64,000 bases of DNA from Dimorphilus gyrociliatus (taxonomy: Eukaryota > Animalia > Annelida), in NCBI GenBank assembly GCA_904063045.1, contig CAJFCJ010000012.1:310001-374000 (forward strand). The letters run 5' to 3'. Shown piece by piece: positions 36,701-48,500 of this stretch. The notes beneath the pieces were generated by a model. The model saw nothing but the letters and a program-made list of their open reading frames with translations. It ran no database searches and was not told where the DNA came from. Each line of letters opens with the position of its first letter. Positions within the stretch are counted from its first letter, which is position 1. Both the position numbers and the translations under genes were made by a program.

Positions 36701-39065
36701 CGAAAGCTTAGAAGAGATACTAGATATCGCAGAAGAAAATGGAGATGTAGGAATGATCACTTTACAAACCTTATTGAATAAAATTGCCGACAATGATCCC
36801 AAACAAATAACAAAAAAAGTATTTGACTATGTCATGAGCATATTAGACACAAACTTTGGAACTGCATATTTCTTTTTCTTACAAAAACTGGCTCCAAAAA
36901 GACCTCAGTTGTTTGATAATTACCACACCAGAATCAATGATCTCATTAGACAAGGCGAACACGGTAATGTCTTTTTACAACTACTGCCGGACTTGTCCCG
37001 AACAAAAGAACTAGCTCAAACAAATGCCAAGCTGACATGGGAGATATGTCAAAAAAATGATCCAACTTACGCGATAAGTGCTTATTATACACTACGATCC
37101 ATTGCCCTACGATTTAAAGAGACTGTTGAGGAGTATAAACCTCAATTGGAAAAACTAAAAGACGACCCAAAATTACGAGATAGCATAATGTCAATTCTTG
37201 ACGTATTGGAAGGAAGGACGTTAGAAACTGTAGCAAATGATGTTGAAGAACAAAGAGAAGATATTGATAATTTAGATTCCAGAGTTACGAATAATGAAGA
37301 TAAAATTGAAAATCTTGATAATGATGTCAGAGAAACTAAAGAAGACGTCGCCAATGTTAAACAAGATGTCAAAGAAACTAAGGAACGCATTGATCAAATT
37401 GAATATACAATCAAAGGACTCGATGAAAGAGTTGAAGAACTCAGTCATATGACTCTTTCACATGCTCCCGCTTGGACTCGTCATGTTTCCGAATTAATGA
37501 ATGATCAAACCGATCACGATTGGAGACTCTTAGCTATGAAACTCAATTATACAAACGACGATATACGAAATTGGGCTACTCAACCAGATCCTTGTCTATC
37601 GATGTTTGATGAATGGTTTGCTACTCACAAAACAAGAGAAGCTACAAACGCCATTTTAACTAATCTGAAAGAAATGAACAGATTAGACGCTGCTGAAATT
37701 GTGGAAAGTGCACTTGCAAATGTGAAAGATGTTGTTCAAGATGACGAAGATGAAGAGTTTGAGAAACCAGAAGTGTTTCTCAGCTATCAATGGGGACATC
37801 AACAAGAAGTGAAACTTCTGCGTAAACACTTGGAGATGGCCGGATTCAAGGCATGGATGGACATTGGCCAAATGGGTGGAGGTGACAAATTATACGCCAA
37901 AATCGATGATGGTGTTCGTTCAGCCAAAGTGATTATCAGTTGTGTAAGTGAGAAATATGCAAAATCCGCAAATTGCTGTAGAGAAGTTAACTTGTCAACA
38001 AATCTTGGAAAACCAATGATACCAATACTCATGGAACAATTATCGTGGCCTCCTGCAGGTCCGATGGGACCAATCATGTCTGAATATTTGTATATTAGGT
38101 TCTTCAAGTCTGGTGGAATGGAAAAAGGCGACTCTGTATTTTGGTTGCCAGCAAAATTTCAGGAACTTCTCATGCAAGTTCGATACTTCGTCGTACCAGA
38201 TATGAAACTCATTACGAATGATTCTCCTTATAAAGGATGGATGAATCCACCGGAAGAAGAAATCATCATTCCGAAACGAGAACAAAAGGCCATTGAATCA
38301 AGCAATGGGAAATCGGAAGAGAACACGGAACAAGAAGTTTCGCCAGATGTCTTTATATCTTATCAATGGGGAAAACAACCACAAATTAAACGTCTATATA
38401 AAAAGCTTAGTGAAATGGGCTATTACTGTTGGTTAGATATCATGCAGATGGGAGGAGGAGATTCTCTTTTTGATAAAATTGATAAGGGAATCAGAGGAGC
38501 AAAAGTGATAATATCATGTGTTACTCCAAAGTATGCATTGAGTGCGAATTGTCGAAGAGAAGTTTCATTATCAGGAGCATTGAGTAAGCCAATTGTTCCT
38601 TTATTATTAGAAGACATGAAATGGCCACCAGAAGGACCAATGTCGATGACATTTACGGAGCTTTTATACATTGGATTTCACAGAAAGAAAGACGATAAGT
38701 TGTGGGAGGGTGATGAATTTAATCAATTAATTTCAAAAATTGACCTGAATGCACCAGGATGTCGAATGATTTCGGAGGCAGCGGAAACGAAGGAAAGTAG
38801 TAAAACAGCAAAAGATGATGAAGAGGCCGCTCGTAAAAGAAAATTGGAAGAGGAAAATAAGCAAAAAGAGTTGGAGAAGGAAAATGCGAAAAGAATTGAA
38901 GAAGAAAGAAGGAAGGAGGCTGAAGAAAGGAAGAAACTGGCTGAAGAAAAACGGAAACAAGAGGAAGAATCAAAGAGAAAGCAAGAAGAAGATAGGAGTA
39001 AAAAAGATGAAAATAAGAGTGCTCAACCGCGAGCAAAGAAATCATCAATGTGTACCTTACTCTGA
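33791..39065 (+). CDS. Array copy 2: same architecture, ends CTLL
   Basis: ATG 33791. Same 13 intron positions and phases as copy 1, open frame across all junctions I traced. Terminal exon from ~36658 contains the identical core at 37254-38762. Confidence 0.88.
37254..38762 (+). repeat. 1,509-bp near-identical coding repeat, copy 2 of 4
   Basis: Offset +7769 from copy 1. Confidence 0.97.
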
Positions 39066-39464
39066 TAGAAATATTGAATTTATTAATACTGATTAATTTT
39101 GTAAAATTTTTGCTCATGATTGTACAATATGAAATAGAGATTTTTAATGATCAAATTTACCTAAGACACATAAAAGTTATCTGGTTTAACAGTACATATC
39201 TCTTATGCCGTATCTTTTTTTCTGATAATAATCCAAAGATTTCAGAGCCACCTTCGAATTATTATCTTTTTTATAATGATTGTTTTTGGCCATATGTTTT
39301 GGCCTTAATATTACAACTCATATAGGTGCCCTTCCATTGGACTACCGCTTTTTATGTCCTACTTTCGTAAGTAGTCTCGGTTAATAATCTAATATATTCT
39401 TATACCGATTTCTGTTTAGCAAATAATATATGAAGCCATTGATTATATCTTTGTTTCTCTATTC

Positions 39465-39515
39465 GTTGCCAAGTTACAATTGACGTTCGTCAACTCAGCA
39501 GAATATTTTTCCTTA
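39465..39515 (+). promoter_or_regulatory. Conserved upstream block of array copy 3
   Basis: GTTGCCAAGTTACAATTGACGTTCGTCAACTCAGCAGAATATTTTTCCTTA; ~75-125 bp before the ATG. Confidence 0.5.
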
Positions 39516-39588
39516 GACCACTAAAAAGTTCAATTTTTGGAAGTAAGCAGCCAAAGACAAATCGTTTTGGGTGAATAGCCGATAAAGT

Positions 39589-42500
39589 ATGGACAAGGCT
39601 ATAAAACTACTTAGGCAATATTCCCCGTTTGGTGAAATAGAGGAGGGTGCACTGTCAGACGTCAGAGAAATTTTTTCGTCAAGTGCTCCAAAAGAATGTA
39701 CTATTCCTGAGCTAATTATATTTACGAAGTATTTTCGAGAGGAATTATTAAAACAGCCATTACCTGTTTACAATTCAAATGGTGAATCGGCTTTCCGTGA
39801 ATTCGGCCAATATTTAAAATATAGGATCAACGAGTAAGCGTTATTAGAGAATATTTCATAATATTACTAATAATATATTAAACACTTTTATTAATCAGAA
39901 TTCTTTATTCTTGCAGAATGTGTTTTCTAATAACTGCACAACTAAATGTTTGAATCATTAACTATATTTACTTTTCTTTTCCAGTCAATATAATCGAGAC
40001 GACAAACTTCCAATAGTAAAACCATTGTATGATGAGTTTATTGAAACTATACTAAAGGTTTACGAAGAGGATTGCGTAACTTCAGGAAATTATAGTTCCC
40101 TTAGGGATCTAATATATGGGAGCAACTTTAAAACATATGCTAAGGTTAGAAAATATATAAATATTAGTTTATTCTTCATTTGAACAAGAGTTATAAATTC
40201 TTTTATAGGAGAACTTTACAGAAACTCACATGAAAAGGCTTATTCAAGCATTCAAAAGAGAATTTGAGCCAAAAAAAGAGACTAATGTTCGATCATGGAC
40301 ATCAAATATGCCTTATCCAGCTGGTGAAATATTGGATATGATAAAGTAAAAATAAATATTTATTGAAATATCTAAAGAATACATTTAATATTATTTATAT
40401 TTAGTCCTAAAGTCTGCGAATCAAATAAAAAGGAAATGATTGAGTTACTGCTATTTTGGTGTGAAAATTCAATGAAGTATAAAGGTGACGATGACGGCAC
40501 CAGGAATAAAATAGCTTTGGTCAGCAAAATTCTTTCGGTGTTTGAGTCACCATTGAAAGTCTCAAGGAAAGAAAACAATAATAGATGTATGCTTTTTATG
40601 GTTTGTTATAAATTACTATCAATTTTATATAGTTCTAAAGAAAAGTTATTCAGGATTTAGATATGAAAATTTATGACTATGCGTTTGGAAAGTTTCGTGA
40701 AATTATGATGTCAGAAGATTATGGGGCTAACAGATATGTCAATGATATTATTTCATTCTTAGTGAAGGAGTCGTTAGCGATTGAACTAGAGTAAGCAAAT
40801 AACTGTTTTAATTGATAAAAGATTTAAAAAATATAACATATTAATAGACATACTACCAACAATGAACTCTTAGCAAAAGCCTTTGCATTTTGCATGGATA
40901 TAAGAAAAAATGCAAAAAAAGATTCCAAATATCTTTCAAAGAAAATGATTGAAAAGATGAATGAAAGATATCTTACTATTGATGTAAGTTGAAATATAAT
41001 TCATTTAATAATGTTAATTATTTCCTTTAATTTTCTCAAAAATTAATAGTTTAAGGCAGTTGGTATGAAGGATCATTTTGATCAATTTTTAGACGAATTA
41101 GCCAGTATACGTACAAGAGAAGAATGCTCTAGTCTAGTTGAATTAAGGAAAAAGCATTTTGAAGAAAAGTTTTTTTCCATCATTCAGTAAGATAATATAA
41201 ATTAGTAATATAAATGATAAGAATTCATATTTAATTTGGATTTTCAGAAATGATATTGAACAGTTGAAACGTTTTTTAAAAGTAATTCTTGAAAATCCAT
41301 GGAGAGAAGTACTAAATACGTTTTATGTGGAAAAATTAGAAAAAAAGAAGCTTATAAACTTTAAAAAGAATGCCGAAATATTTTCATATATTTTTGATGT
41401 TGCTTATAATGCGAAATTAGATTATGACGAGAGAATATTGGATTGCTATTGGAAAATTGGTTTATCACTTTACGAAGCATTAGAGTTTGTTTTAAAACAC
41501 ATTTAATAGCCATGGTATTAAGATTTTTTCTCTTTACATAAACTTCTTAGCAAGCAAAACTGTATTGCAAAATTCAAGAAAGATATTGTAAAAGTTATCG
41601 ATAAAGCTTTCGATTTCTCTAAGCATCACCTACACAGTGCTGTATTCAGAATGACCTATGGAATTGAATGGAAGGTATAACCAGTGACACATTTTACGGC
41701 AATGTATATTATTACATTCAGTGTACTAATAATTCGTTAAATTTTTAACAAGAATGAATTAGCGACATTTCATAGTATTCTTCGTAAACTGAACGTTATT
41801 ATAGCGAGAAAAGAAGACCTAAGTCATCCATCAGATAGAATATGCGAAACTGCAAAATTAGTTATAGAAAGAATCTCATATGGAGTCGGGTATGAAAGCC
41901 GATGTCATAATTTTTTTTAATATTTACAAGCTATTGAACTTGAACAGCAAAAATAAGAAAATACTTGAGATAAAGGATACTTTGGGTGAACTTTTTAACG
42001 CTTGTTACGACCTACCATGGTCCATTGATGATGACGATCCTAGAATCGCAAAAAAATTGATTGTTAATGATGATGATAAGCGAACTCTGGCAGGACACAT
42101 TCTGAAGACTTCGTTAAAAACGATCTATCAGACAGTACTTATTCAATAAAGACAGACGAAATATTAGATAACATATGAAATTTTTCAGAATAACGACTAT
42201 AGTGAACTTTTATTTCCGGTTATCGAAGTAATAAAGAAATTAAAAAGACAAGACGATGACCAAGAGTTACAGGTTTAATAGTTGATATTTTAGCTCGGCG
42301 ACACTGAATTGTCTTTTCAAAACAGAACGCAGCAACTGACTTGATAAAAAATTTAACAGATCAGATGGAACTATTAGGGGATGAAGGTGGTATAGAGATT
42401 ATAGATGAATTTCTTGAAGAAAGAAATGGTGCTCTTTTAGGTTACAAACTTAATTATTCTAAATAAAATTAATATAATAAGGAAGATGATCATTTATAGG

Positions 42501-45009
42501 AAAGGTTGCTGAAATGTATCCAAACTGCTCTGACTATATCCATGAGAAGATCCCTGAAATTTTGGAAATAACTCAGGAAGAAGAAAATCTGGCCATGCAC
42601 TATTTCGTTCAATTAATGGGAAAAGTCATTCAACATCATCCTGAACAAATCACGGAAGACATAGTTGATTTCTTAATGACATATTTAGACGGACATCTAG
42701 CGGCGTCAACTTTTCAAATCTTTCAAAAAATCGCAACGACAAACTCACGCCTCTTAGAAAAACACCACACAACGATTGGTGACTTCATTCAAAATCACGA
42801 ATACGGCGGTATGTTTTGTAATTTAACAGCTGATCTTTCAAATTCCGAGCAGACGGCCAGTTATTTTACTGACATTATATGGAAAAGACATATTGCGACT
42901 GGTGAAACACCTTATACACCATCTCTTCTATATTCTTTTCGTTCAATGGCTCACAAATACAAAGAACCAGTTGCCAAATACCGACAAGAATTTGAAAAAA
43001 TGAGAGAAGGAAAACATAAAGATGCTATTTTAGCAATATTTGATGTACTAGACGGAAGGACGTTAGAAAATGTAGCAAATGATGTTGAAGAACAAAGAGA
43101 AGATATTGATAATTTAGATTCCAGAGTTACGAATAATGAAGATAAAATTGAAAATCTTGATAATGATGTCAGAGAAACTAAAGAAGACGTCGCCAATGTT
43201 AAACAAGATGTCAAAGAAACTAAGGAACGCATTGATCAAATTGAATATACAATCAAAGGACTCGATGAAAGAGTTGAAGAACTCAGTCATATGACTCTTT
43301 CACATGCTCCCGCTTGGACTCGTCATGTTTCCGAATTAATGAATGATCAAACCGATCACGATTGGAGACTCTTAGCTATGAAACTCAACTATACAAACGA
43401 CGATATACGAAATTGGGCTACTCAACCAGATCCTTGTCTATCGATGTTTGATGAATGGTTTGCTACTCACAAAACAAGAGAAGCTACAAACGCCATTTTA
43501 ACTAATCTGAAAGAAATGAACAGATTAGACGCTGCTGAAATTGTGGAAAGTGCACTTGCAAATGTGAAAGATGTTGTTCAAGATGACGAAGATGAAGAGT
43601 TTGAGAAACCAGAAGTGTTTCTCAGCTATCAATGGGGACATCAACAAGAAGTGAAACTTCTGCGTAAACACTTGGAGATGGCCGGATTCAAGGCATGGAT
43701 GGACATTGGCCAAATGGGTGGAGGTGACAAATTATACGCCAAAATCGATGATGGTGTTCGTTCAGCCAAAGTGATTATCAGTTGTGTAAGTGAGAAATAT
43801 GCAAAATCCGCAAATTGCTGTAGAGAAGTTAACTTGTCAACAAATCTTGGAAAACCAATGATACCAATACTCATGGAACAATTATCGTGGCCTCCTGCAG
43901 GTCCGATGGGACCAATCATGTCTGAATATTTGTATATTAGGTTCTTCAAGTCTGGTGGAATGGAAAAAGGCGACTCTGTATTTTGGTTGCCAGCAAAATT
44001 TCAGGAACTTCTCATGCAAGTTCGATACTTCGTCGTACCAGATATGAAACTCATTACGAATGATTCTCCTTATAAAGGATGGATGAATCCACCGGAAGAA
44101 GAAATCATCATTCCGAAACGAGAACAAAAGGCCATTGAATCAAGCAATGGGAAATCGGAAGAGAACACGGAACAAGAAGTTTCGCCAGATGTCTTTATAT
44201 CTTATCAATGGGGAAAACAACCACAAATTAAACGTCTATATAAAAAGCTTAGTGAAATGGGCTATTACTGTTGGTTAGATATCATGCAGATGGGAGGAGG
44301 AGATTCTCTTTTTGATAAAATTGATAAGGGAATCAGAGGAGCAAAAGTGATAATATCATGTGTTACTCCAAAGTATGCATTGAGTGCGAATTGTCGAAGA
44401 GAAGTTTCATTATCAGGAGCATTGAGTAAGCCAATTGTTCCTTTATTATTAGAAGACATGAAATGGCCACCAGAAGGACCAATGTCGATGACATTTACGG
44501 AGCTTTTATACATTGGATTTCACAGAAAGAAAGACGATAAGTTGTGGGAGGGTGATGAATTTAATCAATTAATTTCAAAAATTGACCTGAATGCACCAGG
44601 ATGTCGAATGATTTCGGAGGCAGCGGAGACTAATGAAAGTAATAAAAAAGCTAAAGATGATGAAGAGGCGGCTCGTAAAAGAAAATTGGAAGAGGAAAAT
44701 AAGCAAAAAGAGTTGGAGAAGGAAAATGCGAAAAGAATTGAAGAAGAAAGAAGGAAGGAGGCTGAAGAAATGAAGAAACTGGCTGAAGAAAAACGGAAAC
44801 AAGAAGAGGAAATCAGAATGCGAGAAGAAGAAATTAGAAAGCGGGAAGAAGCAATAATGAAGCGAGAACTAGAATTGAAAAAGGTAGAAGAAGATAATAG
44901 GCGAAAAAATGAGGAGAAACAGAGGCGAGAAACAGAGTTGAGAAGGAGAAATGAAGAGGAAAATCGTGATAATCCTCCGAAAAAGTCATCTACCTGTTCA
45001 ATTTTATAA
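39589..45009 (+). CDS. Array copy 3: same architecture, longest charged tail, ends CSIL
   Basis: ATG 39589. Same exon structure with open frame. Core at 43096-44604. Confidence 0.88.
43096..44604 (+). repeat. 1,509-bp near-identical coding repeat, copy 3 of 4
   Basis: Offset +13611 from copy 1. Confidence 0.97.
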
Positions 45010-45541
45010 ATATTTAATAATTTTAAAAAAGTATATTTTTTAAAGTGCAAATGGTGCTGTATATATGGATAAAAGTTTATATTCTAGTAAATACTATTGT
45101 CGACATGAAATGAATTAAAGGTTTTTTTTGTGAAGTTATTGTTGTGGCTGAATGAAAATCTTGAAATACAAATTTTTTTGAGTTGTGTTACTTTAAATAA
45201 TATAATTTCTTTAGATACAAATTTTTCATAAAAACGAGTTATAAGCTTTGCTAAAACGATTGTTTTTTTGTTCAGTTACACATGTTTTGTATATTTTTTG
45301 ATATGAAGCATGATCGTTTTGCATATAGCACAGCTATCTTTATTACTTAATTGATTTATTATTACAGCGAATTGTTTATTTTCTACGAAAGTGCTTTAGG
45401 AATTGATTATTTCTATGTTATGCTTGTTGGCAAGGTGAAACTAACTAATAACAGCGCAGCTCAAATTTTCTATATAGATTGCTTAACCTCATATTTCATT
45501 TTGAAATTGAAAATTCGTAAACAAAACACCTTGATTTTCGA

Positions 45542-48500
45542 ATGATGGATGTTTTTATAAAAGAAGTTGATAAATTTTCTCCTTTTAGTGGAATAACTGA
45601 TGATAAACTCTCCAAGTTTCGTGAAATTTGTCGGAAAGATTGTCCCGAAACAGCTTCAGTGGACGATTGCTTAAAATTTATAAAATTTTTTCGGAAGGAG
45701 TTGATGAAGAAACCATTACCGATCAACAATGATTCGGCGTCATCGGCCTTTGAAGAATGCGGCGTAATTGTCCGGCGTTTAGGTTCCAAGTAGGTTCATT
45801 TAATCGTTAAAAGCGATTTGCTGAGAATAAAGTGATTTTAATTTTATGGTCATCCAGTATAAAAGATAATGAAATGGTAAATCAGTTATTTGATGAGTGT
45901 GTGGAAACTATCATTAAAGTCTATGAAGAAGATTGCGTAACATCTGATAATTACAGTTCGCTAAGGTCATTAATACATGTAAAAAAATTTACCGAATACG
46001 CCGAGGTTTATGTTTAATTGTGCTAATTCTGATCTTATAAATAATTAAAAATCTATACAACAGACGAATACAACAGATATTCAACTGAAAAGACTTATTA
46101 ATGCTTTTAAAAGAGAGTTTGATCCAAAAGGTGAGAATGATCTGAAACAATGGGCCGGAAATATGCCTTACCCAGCTGGTGAATTATTGGAGAGTTTCAG
46201 GTAAGATTGATAAAATTTATTGGTTTATACTTAGTGCATTATTAGCCATATTATATATTTTTAGTTCTAAGGCTGTTAAAGAAAGTAAAAAAGAATTTAT
46301 AGAAATATTCATATTTTGGGCTGAAACTGCATTAAAGTACAAAGAAAAAGATAGTGATCACGTATTTTATTTATATTTGATTGCTAAAGTGCGCTCAATT
46401 TTTGAACGTCCATTGGAGAAAATCTCTAAAAAGGAGAAAGCAGAGATTCTTTTCATCGTTTGTATAAAATTACTATAAAATTTATAAAAAATCAATAATT
46501 CACGCTATTTAGAATTTGGACACAGAAGTTTACGATTATGCCTTCTCCAAATGTCAGAAAATCATGTTTTCTCCCGATTTTCTTTCAAATAGATATCCTA
46601 AGGATGTTATTGAGCTTCTAATCACAACTTCTCTGACCTATGCAATAAAGTAAAGTAGTTCACTAGTAATTTTTTCGTCTTTAGAAAGAACTAAGTTTTT
46701 CTTTTACAGAAATAATCCTACGAATAAATTATTAGCAAAAGCTTATGACTTTTCTTATACAATGTATAAAAATGATGAGAGAGTCGTCAAACGCCTTGTT
46801 GATAGCTTATTTAAATACCTTAATGGAAACTTTCTAACAATTGATGTAGGTTTTATAGTATAACTTTTAGAGAATAGTGCGTCTTAATTCCTAATGTATA
46901 TTGCTTTCTAAAAATATTTAGTTTGTGGAGGTTGGTATGAAAAGCCACTATGATCAATTTTTGGATGAGATAGCTAACATTAGAACAGGACCAGAAGCTA
47001 ACCAAGTGGTTGATTTGAGAAAAAAGCATTTTCAAGAAAAGTATTTTTATCTTATTCAGTAAGATTCTTGAATGTCATTGTAATAGATGTTATAAAAAGT
47101 TTCATTCAATTTTTAGACAAGATAAAGAAAATTCAAAAAAATTTTTAAAAGTGTTACTTGAAAATCCATGGGATAAAATAATAAGAACATTTTTCGTTGA
47201 CGCTATGAATAAGAACTTAATAAATTTCCATCAAAATCCCGATATATTTTCATATACTTTTGATTTGGCTTATAAGACTAAAATCTACTATGATGAAAGA
47301 TCACGTAGTGGCTATTGGACAATTGGTTCAACAATCTGTGAAGTGTTACAGTTGCGTTGAATATTAACAAAACGCAGTCTATATTCTAATATATTTTCTA
47401 TTGTATTTAGAAACCAGGGACTCATCAGCAAACTAAAAAAAGATATTTTTCGAGCTATTGAAGCGACTTTTGATTTTTCTAAACATCAACTACATGATTT
47501 CATTGTTGGATTTATACAAACTTTAAAATGGAAGGTCCAAACATGATAATTCTCAATAGTTGAAAATTATGATGTATCTTTTTTATACAGGGCGAAATAT
47601 CAACATTCAAGAGTATTCTTGTTAAGCTTAAAATAATCATAGACAAAAAAGAAAATATATGCGATGCTGAAGATAAGATCTGTAGGGTTACAAAAGCAGT
47701 CTTTGAACAAGTCAATATTGATTTAGCGTATGTAGAATAGAATAAATGAATGTTTTTCTTTATTAATTCACCAAAATTTTATAGAAAAAATAGGAAACTT
47801 CTTCAGATAAAGGATGCTTTGGGTGAGCTCTTTAATGCTTGCTACAACAATTCCTGGTCTATTTCAAATGATGATTCGAGGATTGCAAAACAGATATGTA
47901 TCGGTGATGATGAAAAGAGAACACTAGCCGGACAAATCCTAAAAGTTACAATGAACTCTATTTATCAATATGTACTTTCAGTGTATTAAATAAGAAGAGA
48001 AATCTGATAATGTATAATTAAATTTTTTCAGAATTTTGAATTCACTGCTCTATTTGAGCCAACAATCGAAACACTGAGACTTTTAAGAAAGCGATATGAA
48101 GATAAAGAACTACAGGTTCAACAAAATTTTTCTTTTCATTACTCTAGCAATTACAGTCGTTTATTTAAAAATACAGAAAGCAGCATCAGAAACAATATTA
48201 GGTTTATCTGATAAAATAGAGTTGATAGGAATTGATACAGGACACGACATCATTGATCAATTCATTGAAGAGAGAAGTATTCGAATCTTTGGTACAAATA
48301 CTAAATATTATATAACGCTGCAAAATACTGTAAAAAAATAACTAATATATTTACAGGAAAAGTTACCGAATTGTATCCTAGTTGTGCAGATTATATTCAC
48401 AAACACCTAGAGGAAATTCAAGATATAGCTGAGGACGAAGGTCAAATAGGACTTAATAATTTTGTACAACTAGTAACCAAAATTGGACAACATAACCCAA

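Noticed and set aside
28903-48373. ORF-track starts at 28903, 36672, 42514 and 48371 as independent single-exon genes
   Set aside because: Each is preceded by a phase-1 splice acceptor ~14 nt upstream that joins in frame to exon 13, and copy 4 has TTG at this position. They are internal codons.
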